Assembly: GCA_044892525.1 (NCBI GenBank)
Contig: CM097887.1
Location: 34,782,001 to 34,846,000 of the forward strand
Source of the DNA: Schmidtea polychroa
Taxonomy: Eukaryota
Length of the DNA stretch: 64,000 nt
Reading direction: 5' to 3'
Position numbers and translations under genes: made by a program. Shown one piece after another: positions 25,901 to 37,156 of this stretch. The notes beneath the pieces were generated by a model that was not told where the DNA came from, searched no databases, and worked only from the letters and a program-made list of their open reading frames with translations. The number at the start of each line of letters is the position of its first letter. The stretch's first letter is position 1.

Positions 25901-28900
25901 TTTCGTCTTGTATTGATCAAATATCAACCAAATCCGGGTAATCCCTTTTCTTTTCTTGTTACCTATATCGGGCTGTTGGCGCATTTAGGGCCAGACTTGA
26001 TCCTTAGAAATACTCTTCAGGGCGCATTGAATAACAGTTATATGTTCTTAGTTCTAGCAAATAACATTTGTTATTTATTTAAATTACCTACACTCTATTG
26101 TAAATTAATTGGAGTCAGATTTGTGAATTGTGTTAGATCGAGTATTTACCCATCGAACCTAACATACTTATCAATGTTCTCATTATTAAAGAGGCTCGTA
26201 TAGTTTCTTAATAATGTTTTGTCAATTTTTTTATTAAAATTTAAAACTCCTTCGAAAATAAGACCCAACTCTGTTATTTCAATAAAATTAATATATGACA
26301 GTGTCATATTTTCGAGAAAACACGGTATTGCTGATGTTTTAGTGGGCTTAAAAAAATACCTTATCAATGTTTGAATTCCTGTTTAGGTAAGACTTATGTA
26401 ATTTTCGATAAAAATCCCATTAATTATTTCATGCCAAGCTGTAATTTCCCAGCCCTCTCCCCAATAAGATCATTATTGTTTGATTTTTTCTTGCTAAAAA
26501 TGAAATTTTTTAGAATCACGTTAAATAAAATTCTATGTAAAAATAGTATCGTGTGTATATCATATAAGGATAAAAGCTTGTAATACGGACTAGATAAATA
26601 ATCAAAATAGTGAGAATTTTTATAATATTTCATTCTATTAAACATATATTTCAAATTCACTTGAAAAAGACAGTATCGAAAATTAGTGAATATCAGAAAA
26701 ATATTATATTTCATTTAAAATATAATTATTCTGATTAATTTTATTTGGAATTTAAATTTTGATTTATATATTTATCTTGATTATTTTAAATATTATTATT
26801 ATCGATTATAATTAACGATTTCTTTAATTATTAAAAATATTATCTATATGCAATTCTTTCTCCGTTTAACTTTCATCCTCAGAATAATAAATTGATTTAT
26901 TTTAATACTAAATCTTTTATTAAATTAAAAGTAAAATATTAAGATAAATCTCTTTTTATGCCTCTCCATCCTTTTTGTCTTGATCACTATATATATTAAG
27001 TAATATATCTATTGAAAGATGATGATATTGTAGATAGACGCGCTAATTATTGTCAGAAAATAATCAATACACCACGGTGCAATAGATAAAATATAACATA
27101 GGAAAATAATTAATAAATTATATTACAAGAAACATACAAACTTCCTTCTGTCTTGAAAATTCATTAGCAGCTACATTTACCAATTTATTATAGGTTTCAA
27201 AATCAGATAGAAAAAAATTAATGAAACATGCAAACAATCAATAAAATACATCTACTGCAAAAGAAACATTCATTTTAAAGCAAATAATTTTTCAAGAGTG
27301 AATTTGAAAAATATTTCCTAAGATAGCACTCCAATTGTGCTTTTATTTTGATAAAATGAAAAAAGAAATTCGTGAATTTTTTTTGCTATCTGATGACTTG
27401 TAAAAATTTTCTATGTCACACATATTATCTCAATCAGCAGCAGCTCGAAATATGACGACTATATTTATTATTAAAATATCATTTTCCCCATATTAAAAAA
27501 TGCTTTCCTAAATATTTGCTAAAAGAAGAAATTATGGAAGATTGACTTAATACAGTTTTAAATATTGATATTTGAAAAGGTTGAGTATTCCTGTCTTAGA
27601 GAGAACATTGCCCTGTAAATACTTAACTAAAGAATTAGTTACGCATACGATCTTTAGCTATAAATTGATTAGGATTATATCAGTAGATTTAAGATCAAAA
27701 ACATGCATTGACTGAGCAAAAATCAAGTTGTATTTCTCGAAGATAAGGTATTTTAAATTTACTAAAACGATCCCAGTATGAAAACCCCATGTTTATCATG
27801 TAATGATATATAACAGTTTCTAAATCATTGAATATGTGGCGTTAGTTAGAGTTGAAACCAAGAGATTATATCGATATCATTAAAAACACCTAAAATTCTT
27901 CCAATAGAAAAATTGAACAAGATTGTTTGAAACTTTTTACTAGTCGAATTGGTCAAATGTATCGTGTATGAAAATACGAAAGAAGTATAAAAAGTTGAAC
28001 ACAACTTAAACGAAAAACTCTTTTTTCCAATTTCACAACTGATTTCTCTTCCATTGTATTTATTAAAAAGCTTAAAGACTATGATTCAGTAAATATGTCA
28101 AAAACATCGATATATTTACTGAGTCATCGTCTTTAAGCTTTTTAATAAATTAAATGAAGCAAGAAATGTTATCAAAGGTTTAGATAATCATTTTGAAACC
28201 CATTGATAAGATAATTTAGTGAATATTTTCAAGATTTAAATTATAAGAACTTTTTTCAATTTTCACCTCTGATTTCTTGTCAATTGAAATTGTATTTATT
28301 AGAAATTTTTTTTGATTATGAACTGATTTATAGTCAAAAAATTTATAAACATACAAGATTTAAATTAATTATACCGAATCTATAGAAACTTGATTTATGA
28401 TTAAATCTAAATATTTATCTGTTCCACTAGTTATATATAAATTAAAACAATATTTAACGTTTGAACTTAAAAATTGAAATAAATTTATGCTAGTAGTTAT
28501 AAAAAAAGTTGAATTTTATATCATCTGATACAAAAAAAATTTAAAAATTAAATTCCAACTATTTCACTATATATAAATCAATGTTGGAAAAAAACTATTT
28601 TTCAATTATGGGCAAACTAAAAAATATTTTTCGATATTTTACAATATTTTACGACACACACGCTTAGAAAAGTATAATTTATAGCATTTTATGGTCAAAC
28701 TTTCATTTTAATTTTTTAGAAACAACAGAATTTATTTTGAATATTAAAAATAACTTGATTTTTGAACAATTTCGTTAGGGTATCTAAATAATAAAAATCA
28801 AATATTTATTGTTAAAGTAAAAAAGTGATTGGGCAAAAATATGTAAAATAAAAGGTAGGTTGTTCCAGAATTTTGAAAAGTAGGAGTGGCAAATGGCAAA

Positions 28901-31900
28901 GAATCGAAAAAATCAAACAATGAAATACGAAAAGGTCATTCATAATTAAAAAGTACAAAGCGAATAATGGAAAACATAAACAAAATTGAAATTGAATTTC
29001 CATATCTCGACGGCTTGTTCGAGATAAAGAGAAGTGATCACCAGGGAAGCTGGGAGATGAAGCATTTTTTTCCAACTATTTGCAATCTTTCATGTTTCTT
29101 TGTTTTCCTTTCGGTAAGTACTTCAAATTCCTGCTCATAAAGATATGAACTCTTGCTTTTATTTTCATATTCGATATTTAGATTTTGAAATTTCTTTTTT
29201 CCTTATCGACTATTGTTTCTCATATAGTTAAGATTTTTCTCTTTCTAATTTAAAATGGATGGTTTCGTTCTTAATGAATGAATTATTTAATCATTAACTT
29301 CATTAAAACCGAGGTTTAGAAAACAGTAAATAAAGATTTTCAATGACTTTGTAATAGGGTGCCAATGAAATACATGGCAAAAATTTAAGTGTAATATTTT
29401 TCAGGTCTTACCCCCTAATTTTGTTCCTATTGATATGGTAATCAACTGGTATTTTTTTCTTCAACATTCAATTATATTTAGAGGTTGCTCACTGGCATCA
29501 TAGTCCAACATATTGTACGTTATGGGTTTATTCCTAATAAAATACAACATTGAGTTGAATGAGTTTACTTACTTATTAGTGTGAGTCATTGCAATTATAT
29601 ATTCTTTGGAGATTGTTGTTGTCTGCATTTTTATTGGATTTTAAATTTTGTTCTTTATTGCGTGTGTGACTTGTGACTTTCTTATTTAATGCAAAGCTAA
29701 CTCTGGGTAAGTGTATTGTTTCATAACACTTAATTTATGAATATTTAATTGGTGCAATAGACTGATTTGTTGGAAATTGGCCAGTGGGCCTGTCAGTGTC
29801 TAGTTGTCTAGTCCTGCTACTTATTTTTTGTTGTTGTTGCAATGCAAGTATAACGTTGCTTATTATAATAGATCTGAGCTACTGACTACTGACTGACTTG
29901 CGGCTTGTTTTATATTTTTCTGTGCATATACTTGCAGATATCCTGGTTCAATGGCAGCTGTGTGTATAAGTAAAGGCAAAGATCGAGGCATCTGGTTGAT
30001 TGGTGGAACATTGAGTGAACTAACAGGCAGCAAACTACCATCAAATCGTCAAGTACTTGCAAGATTTTTCCACTTTCATTTGAATGAAAAGCTGACTATT
30101 CAGGACAGTGCTGTATCAACAACAAGAGAACTATTACAATTTTGGATGAAAGCCAGAATACCAACCCGACAGGACTATAATATTGTTGCCAAGTTGAAGG
30201 ATTTGCATGCAAAATGGCAAGCGCTTAAGAAAAATACGGCAAGGATGTCCAAAGTGCAAAAGAGTAAAGAGGATGCATTTTCGGAAAGTTTGGATGATTT
30301 ATTCGATGTTGCACATGCAAATGCAATGAAACTCATCAAAATTGAAGAGGACAAGAAATTCTTGGAAGCACAGCGAGAAAAGGGCAGACGGGGATGCATG
30401 GGTGCAGTAGACACAAAGCTTACGAAGCAGGAGGAAAGACGCCGGCAGCGAGAACTTTTAGAGGAGCAAAGAAAGGTCAGAGAAGAGCAGAGACAGTGCG
30501 ATGCTTCAGTCGTAAGAAGTTTGGGTGAAAGCAGTGAAAGTGAAGATGACAGCAGTAGTCTAACAGTGTCGGATCCCAGTATGTCTATGCCAGCGCAAAA
30601 ACGTCACATTCCAATGAACATACTTACTCCAGAGCTGGCATCTGCACTTGATCGGACGAAAGTAAGTGACAGAAATGCCACGTACATTTTGGCTGCCGCT
30701 GCCAAGTCACTTGGCCACAATCCCAGTGAGCTAACTTTAAACAAAGAGTCAACCAGACTAGCTCGAAGGCAACATCGTGCAGACATTGCTGCTGAAGTGC
30801 GAAACAGTTTTTCACCCGATACGCCATTGACAGTTCACTGGGATGGCAAGCTGCTTCCCGAGTTGACAGGAAAAGAGACTGTGGATAGACTTGCAATAAT
30901 TGTGTCTGGGGATGGCGTAATGAAACTGTTGGCTGTTCCCAAGTTATCAAGTGGAACTGGTGAAGCTCAGGCTACAGCAGTGCATGAAGTGTTACTGGAC
31001 TGGAATTTAACCGATCGAATTATTGGCATGTCATTTGACACCACAGCAAGCCACTCCGGAAATAAAGCTGGCGCATGCGTTTTGTTGGAAAACAAGTTGA
31101 AGAAACAGCTGTTGAGTTTGGCATGCAGGCACCACATTCATGAACTTATTGTCGCTAAAGTCTTTGAAACAGTGATTGAAAAGGCATCAAGTGGTCCACA
31201 GATCAAATTGTTCCAGAGATTCTCAGCAGCATGGAGAACAATCAACAGACAAGCGTTTGAAAGTGGTATCGGTGATGATCAACTTGCCATTGAACTAAAT
31301 CCAATCAAAGAAGAAATGCTTGTCTTTCTGAAGCAGCAGCTTCTGACATTCCAGCCAAGAGACGACTATAAGGAGTTACTTCAGTTGAGCATTTTGTTTC
31401 TTGGTGATGCGTCTGATAATGTCACTGTGCATGCACCAGGAGCCTATCACAGAGCCAGGTGGATGGCCAAACTTATATACTGTCTCAAAATTTACTTGTA
31501 CCGTTCACAGTTTCATCTTACACCTCGAGAACTTTCAGGACTTCGACAAATGAATGTTTTCGTCATCACCATCTACCTGAAGGTGTGGTTTACTTGTCCA
31601 TCGGCACCTTCAGCTCCGCAACATGACTTGGAATTGTTGCAGCAACTGGTCCAGTACAAAACAAGAAATGAAGTAGTTGCCAATGCAGCACTCATTACCT
31701 TTCTTCGCCATCTGTGGTACCTCGGTGAAACCCTGATCGGTTTGGCTTTCTTTGATGACGAAGTGCCGGTCGAGAGTAAAGAGCTAATGGTTGCCGCACT
31801 ATCGCGTGAAGGTGAAGATGAGCCATGCAAACGTATACAACTGGATGAGAAGGACATTTCTACAAAGAAACTCTCAGATTTCGTCACAACCAATACCAGG

Positions 31901-33659
31901 CAGTTCTTTGTCGCACTCGAAATACCACAGGACTTCCTCCGACAGCATCCTTTAGGATGGAAATCTAACTCTGACTACATTCGGGGTCTGAGTCGTGTCA
32001 AGGCTCTTAAAGTTGTCAATGATGCAGCTGAACGTGGCGTATCACTGATACAATCATTTAATGCTGTCATTACAAACCAGGAGGAACAGAAACAGTTTTT
32101 ACTTCAGGTGGTCGAGAAGCATCGCCACGACTACCCGGACCCCAAGAAGTCTACGCTTGCAGGCTGCTCCAGTGACAATTAAACTTGCACTTTTACTTAA
32201 GTAGATTCAGCTAAGCACAGTGTAATGTGTGTAATAGCACTAAACTTCACTTTGCAGAATGCAGAGTAACATTTATTTTCCAAATCATCATTCATTAACT
32301 GTGTACTGTATAATATGTTTTATTAATATTGTTTTTTCTTAAGCATTACAATATTAGTCGTTGGCCGTACATACAGTAAACGGTCACATCCATTGAGCAA
32401 GTGGTAAACATAACCCAATTCAAATTATTTTTTGGCTAGATAAACAGGATGCCAATATGAACAAATTGAGGGGGTAAGAACTGGCAAAATTAGCATTTCA
32501 TTTTTCATTGGCACCCTACTTTGTAAAGGTTCATTGTTTTGATCTTTAATTCCAATTTTGAGAGGATTTGTATGAAATATTAGAAAAATTAAAATCCAAA
32601 AATTTGATTTTCCAGTTATTATAATAAGATTTTCTAGTGTTCCTTATAAACTAAGATTAAGAGCATTTCTCTTAAAAAAGAAAAAAATATATACACGGTG
32701 ATTAAGAACTTTTCTCTGCGCCAGCGAACTGCAGACATTTGTAAAAGATTAAAACATTCTAAATCTCATGGGGATTTTCTGTATTAAAATTATTTATCTA
32801 TTGATTTGTCTTTTCCTAATTACAGGGAAACCTAAGAAATTTTTGATGATTTTATTTCAGATTCTTCTTAGTTAAACCAAAATCCAACCTTTTTACGAAT
32901 GATGTCTCGAGTAATTATGTCGCGTTCCCCTTATTCCCAAAAAGATTCCTTAAAAACAGAGTCTATAGAAAAGACATTGTTTCCTTTATTTTTGTATATA
33001 ATCTTGTTTGTCGTCAAAAATACATTTTTTTCGTCTAGAATGTTTAGATAAAATATGGTTTCCATATTAAGAATAACCAAAAACACCTGTGACTATAGTC
33101 AAAATTCGACTTTGCACTTAAAAATCAATAATTATATTTTTTATGGTTCAAAATATTTGTGTGCTTCTGACTTTGGTCTGAAAATCAAAAAATAACTCTG
33201 ACTATAGTCAAAATTGCACTGTGTACCTTTGCACCTAAAAATCAATAAGTTAGAAATGCGCGAAAACATATTTTAAAATTATGTAACTTTTCAAATTTTA
33301 TATTTTTAAAAATCCTTATTATTGTTACAAAAGTTAACTGGAAGAAACAAGTCTAATATCAATTATTTATTTATCAGGTTTTAGCCAATCGAACAGAAGA
33401 ACTAATCAAAAAATACTCTGATGAATCTACTATTCCCAGACCTCATTATTGGTATATTTAAATATTCATTGTTAAATTAAAACAACAAATTAGGGTTGGA
33501 TATAACATAAATCCTTTTTCTATTGAGTTTTGGCAAGGCCAATCAAATCGCTTACATGATCGAATATTGTTCCGTAAGGCCACAGCCAATGAAGTAGTTG
33601 ATGAAAGCTTGACAATGAAAGGAGATGGAATGTGGTTAATAGAAAGACTTTCTCCATAG
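16836..33659 (+). CDS. PNPO: Pyridoxine/pyridoxamine 5'-phosphate oxidase, 7 exons (16836-16857, 16919-17075, 17119-17218, 23911-23964, 24007-24138, 33378-33451, 33494-33659)
   Basis: Joined exons give an open frame: [83 protein letters not shown]. All introns are GT-AG and in phase. Confidence 0.93.
17790..18147. mobile_element. hAT-type MITE
   Basis: TIRs CAGAGGTGCGCAAA/TTTGCGCACCAATG, exact 8-bp TSD CTCTAAAA. Confidence 0.85.
18254..18338. repeat. (TA)n microsatellite, resuming at 19907-19938
   Basis: Pure TA run split by the nested hAT insertion. Confidence 0.95.
18337..19906 (-). mobile_element. Nested hAT element with degenerate transposase
   Basis: TIRs TAGGGCCGCCGAGAGG / CCTCTTGTCGGGCCTG, flanked by TA repeats. 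C-terminal [32 protein letters not shown] dimerisation motif. Confidence 0.8.
20234..20579. mobile_element. hAT-type MITE
   Basis: TIRs CAGTGGTTCTCAA/TTGAAAACCACTG, flanks CCACAAGG/CCATAAGG. Confidence 0.8.
20586..21469. mobile_element. TAA-TSD non-autonomous DNA transposon (Zator/Harbinger-like)
   Basis: TIRs GGGAATGCTAAGTTATTATGTAACGC / GCATTACATAATAAGCTAACGTTCCA with TAA on both sides. Subterminal TTGTTAC repeats are shared with 10536-12420. Confidence 0.65.
21814..22796 (+). mobile_element. Non-autonomous hAT element
   Basis: TIRs TAGCGCTTGCAA/TTGCAAGCCCTA, exact TSD CAAGAAAC, AATACCG subterminal repeats, remnant [13 protein letters not shown]. Confidence 0.85.
24180..24976 (+). mobile_element. 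Solo LTR (group 2)
   Basis: TGT...CCCAACA, flanks CATT/CAAT, TAATGGGAAAC repeats and terminal hairpin as in the other group 2 LTRs. Confidence 0.6.
25197..26325. mobile_element. pogo/Tc-mariner-type MITE (TA TSD) interrupted by a solo LTR
   Basis: TA-CCGTATTT...AAACACGG-TA ends, internal AAAATAAGAC repeats. Confidence 0.6.
25409..26164 (+). mobile_element. Solo LTR, 756 bp
   Basis: TGTTGGGGTTCG...CGAACCTAACA terminal inverted repeats, exact 4-bp TSD TACT. Confidence 0.8.
28058..28150. repeat. Near-perfect 93-nt inverted repeat (hairpin)
   Basis: Arms ATTTATTAAAAAGCTTAAAGACTATGATTCAGTAAATAT / ATATTTACTGAGTCATCGTCTTTAAGCTTTTTAATAAAT, with one mismatch and one G-T pair. Confidence 0.9.
29355..32518 (+). 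mobile_element. Full-length hATm-type DNA transposon, 3164 bp
   Basis: TIRs TAGGGTGCCAATGAAA/TTTCATTGGCACCCTA, exact 8-bp TSD CTTTGTAA, single intact ORF. Confidence 0.92.
29951..32182 (+). CDS. hATm-family transposase, 743 aa
   Basis: VHWDGK, FDTT, LACRHH, HRARW and [10 protein letters not shown] motifs. Uninterrupted ORF inside the TIRs. Confidence 0.88.
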   Translation: MAAVCISKGKDRGIWLIGGTLSELTGSKLPSNRQVLARFFHFHLNEKLTIQDSAVSTTRELLQFWMKARIPTRQDYNIVAKLKDLHAKWQALKKNTARMSKVQKSKEDAFSESLDDLFDVAHANAMKLIKIEEDKKFLEAQREKGRRGCMGAVDTKLTKQEERRRQRELLEEQRKVREEQRQCDASVVRSLGESSESEDDSSSLTVSDPSMSMPAQKRHIPMNILTPELASALDRTKVSDRNATYILAAAAKSLGHNPSELTLNKESTRLARRQHRADIAAEVRNSFSPDTPLTVHWDGKLLPELTGKETVDRLAIIVSGDGVMKLLAVPKLSSGTGEAQATAVHEVLLDWNLTDRIIGMSFDTTASHSGNKAGACVLLENKLKKQLLSLACRHHIHELIVAKVFETVIEKASSGPQIKLFQRFSAAWRTINRQAFESGIGDDQLAIELNPIKEEMLVFLKQQLLTFQPRDDYKELLQLSILFLGDASDNVTVHAPGAYHRARWMAKLIYCLKIYLYRSQFHLTPRELSGLRQMNVFVITIYLKVWFTCPSAPSAPQHDLELLQQLVQYKTRNEVVANAALITFLRHLWYLGETLIGLAFFDDEVPVESKELMVAALSREGEDEPCKRIQLDEKDISTKKLSDFVTTNTRQFFVALEIPQDFLRQHPLGWKSNSDYIRGLSRVKALKVVNDAAERGVSLIQSFNAVITNQEEQKQFLLQVVEKHRHDYPDPKKSTLAGCSSDN

Positions 33660-34459
33660 GATATGAAATTTAATTCATTTATAGCAATTTATTTATTTTG
33701 ATAATAAACTTTTGGGAAAACAATTCTAGTCCTAGTTTTACTCCGGTCGTCTTGAGTCTTCGATTTTTTACAATGAAAATTTCTTGCGGTTTATATAGTT
33801 TTCTATCTATAATCATATTCATTGATTGGGTCGCAAATAAAATCCGATTAAAAATTTAGAATTAGAATTGACAGATGGTCGGATATCGAGGTTTGAAAAG
33901 CATCTATGTTCTGCAGGCTGCTCATCGACATTTTATTTGAATTAGGATTGCAGAAGAGTCGCAGTTGTTCCATGAAAATTTTTCACAAATCAATATTGGC
34001 TGTCATCACTAATGCGCTAGTTTTGCATATATAAATGGGTCAAATAGCATGAACCCGCAGAAGAATTTCACACGATTCTTTGCCATGTATGTACGATAAA
34101 ATGGCTATTTCACACCAGCTCAAAATATGACGGTGAGGGATGCATTGAACGTTTACATTGTATTGTATTGAAGTGGTGGTATTGCAGTGGGTTTGAGCAT
34201 TGAATAGCAGATGCTTTAAGGTTTGAACATCGAAGAATAACCCACTGTGTCACTTCTTTGAATAGCAAATCAAAAAGCGTTAGCTGATCAGTTTCCTTAG
34301 TTAAGTACCTCTCACACTCATTGAGGATGTTTCGTTGTAGTCTAATATTACGTAAAAATTGTTTAGGCCACTGAACTTTATTACATACCTTTTGTTTGCC
34401 TTAAATTTCATCCGAAGAAGTATACCATATATAGTCGCGTATAAGTTGAAGTGACATTT

Positions 34460-35085
34460 TGAAGACATTTGTCATAAATTGGAAACCCGCGTAGAAGTAA
34501 AAAAATTTAAGATAATTATTGGTAAAATAGACTGTTGATAAATTTATTAAAAATCCTAAGGATCCATGTTTGAGAAAATCTGGGTGTGATTTTGTTGAGG
34601 TGTGTGAGTCTGACTAGTTCAATAAATTAAATAGTTAGTATTGCCGTACTCAGAAGGTTTTAAGGATTATAAAGTGAAGATAAGAAAGCAGTTAGGGAAT
34701 TTAAACTATAGGATAGTGTCAACTTCATGGAAAGTATGCAATATGTTTATTAATAAGTCAAAAACTCCGGTCGAATTGTGTTCCGATCTCGTTTATCAGT
34801 TTACATGTAATGGGTGTAATGCCATATACATTGGAGAGACTTCCCGTCATCTCTGTATTCGAGCTCGAGAACATTGTAGACCGAAGGCTTTGACCCATAT
34901 TGGTGAGCACAATACGGGCTGTAAGATTAAAATAGGTATGTCTGATTTTAAAATTTTATTAAAAAATTTCGATAATTATTAGAAACGTGTGATTTGTGAG
35001 GCGTTGTTGATAAAATTATTGAATCCGAAAATTAATGTGCAGAATGCTGTAAATACTTGTGTTTTGAGTGTTTTTAAATAAGTTT
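34460..35085 (+). mobile_element. Penelope-like retroelement 3' remnant (RT thumb plus GIY-YIG endonuclease)
   Basis: LPYSEG..LVYQFTCNGCNAIYIGETSRHL..RAREH..DFKIL..ICEALLIKLLNPKIN. Confidence 0.85.
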
Positions 35086-35369
35086 TTTTTATATTGTATG
35101 TATTGATTGTTGACGCTTTTATCGAACAAAAAAAATCGAACCTTCGGATAATCACATGCAAGCTTAATAATTAACAGTAAACCAAATTACATACGCTAAG
35201 ATCACTAAGATTTATTGTAATTCACCTGAGGCAAGCAGTATTTACAAATTATTTTAGGATAACACATCGAATACAAAGTATACAGTATGCAAACCGTTCG
35301 TATGAAATTGAAGGAAATCAAGGTTCCAGGCTGGAGTTGCTAGTTAGAGAAATACTTCCCCTTCGGCCG

Positions 35370-37156
35370 TCATGGCGTCAATGTCACTGGAAGTCGGGGG
35401 ACCTCGAGCAACCTTGTCTGTCCCGCTGGAACGGGGCGATATATTTTTTCTGTTGGCGGCGCCTGTTTCTGCGAAATCTCCTTGATTGAGGTTTGAGCGG
35501 CAGATAAGGGGCCATCCATATATTATGTACGCAAAAAAACCACGAATTTTGACACCCCCCTCCCCCTGTTGCATCTCGTACATTTTCACCCCCCCCCCCC
35601 AATGCGTACGTTGCTCGGCGGTCCCAACCCGTGTATTAAAATGCATTAAATATAAACATTTAAAACAATTTCTTTTTAATATAAAATGTATAATATACAG
35701 ATAAACCCATTTAGTTGTTACTGTAATGGTTGTAGATGCGTCTTACGTATGTAATAATTATGTGAGTCAATTAAAAACTATAAAACACGACTAATTACCA
35801 ATCTAATCATAATTGTTCATAGAAGTGTATACACAAAGATATCCTATAACCTAAACTGAATATAATTTAATACAATGAATAACATAAACTAAAAATTGCG
35901 CATTGCAGTTTATCCCTTTAACCATCCTCCGTTTCTAATCCAGTTTGCAACCACTCGAATAAATTCTGAATGACTGGCATCGCGCTGTTCTGCATTTCAC
36001 TGACAAATGGCATCAGAACCACATCATCATCAGCTTCGATTTTACGGAGCAAGAAGATTGATATACTTTTTGATTGGTTAGTTTTTAATAATACGTAAAT
36101 GGCACATCAAGAACATATTGGTATTATTAAAAACTAAAACTATTAAATCAAAAAACATCTCAATCTTTTAAAATTAAATTAGTACCAATAGTAAATAAAT
36201 TCGCATCAATGTTGAATAAAATAGGAAATCACTAAATTTCAAATAATATTGCATTTATACAAGCCTTGCTCTCGACTATATTAAAATATTAAGACTGTAA
36301 TATTGAGAATTCCATGCGTAGCAGTGACAGTATACATGTCGCCTAAGGTCATGTGATAATGCACAGCCCATGCGGTAACCTATTATATATAAAGGTTTCA
36401 TATGGGAGTATTATAACAAATCATTTTATTTTATTCCTTCGCATGCCTTTGTTGGAACACCCTCCTGCATACGCACCCGTACGCAAAACATTCACTCGGA
36501 ACACACACCCCCCTCCCCCCTCGGTGCGTACGTAATATATGAATGGCCCCTAACGAAGCTTCCAATGCCGCGATGGTGTCTCGGCTCTTCTGGTTTTTCT
36601 CCGCTCGTGAAGGGCGTTTACGTTTCTTCGGGGCCGAAATGGTTGCTGAAGCAGATTGGAGAGTCGATGGCGTTGAAGGCACGCTCGGAACTACAGCTGG
36701 CTGGAGGTTCGATGTCTTGGCTGTTCCCGACAAAATCGGCTCGTTGATGGGTGGTAACTGAAATCCATGGCCTGCACAACTAGTCGACAGTCATGACCCA
36801 CTGTCGCTCTGATGGTGATTTGGGAACACGTTGGTTCCATCCTGAATTGGGTATTCTCGTACCGTCTTTGAAATCTAGGCTTCAGTGTAAACCTTGTGAA
36901 GCGCCTCCGATTGGGCCTTGATTGTCAGCCGCTGACACCGGTTTTCTTCTAATAGACTGTCTCGGCAGTGCTCCAATCTCAAGATTTTCGTCTTTTCTTC
37001 TTTCATCTGTGGTGGGGAGAACCACGTGCATTCGTATGTTTCTATACGTTTTTTGATGGCCCCTATGTAAGTATGGAGTTTCCGAATATCTTCATTTTTG
37101 TCCGAGCAAGAAAAGCACGGTCGGAGTTCGTTGTTCGACGAGCTGGGTTCACACAT
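35370..37156 (-). pseudogene. LTR-borne novel ORF family, copy C (split by a MITE)
   Basis: MCEP..RPCFSCSDKN..WFSPPQMK..LRLEHCRDSLLEENR and APKKRKRPSRAEKNQKSR..ALEASL|SAAQTSIKE. The frame is restored by removing 35508-36550 plus one TAA. TTCTTTATAG acceptor 2 nt before the ATG. Confidence 0.8.
35508..36550. mobile_element. TAA-TSD MITE (Zator/Harbinger-like)
   Basis: TIRs GGGGCCAT(C/T)CATATATTA(T/C)GTACGCA, exact TAA TSD. Confidence 0.85.

Noticed and set aside
26900-29350. Decayed transposase-like AT-rich tract
   Set aside because: Too many stops and no diagnostic motif, so no family could be supported.
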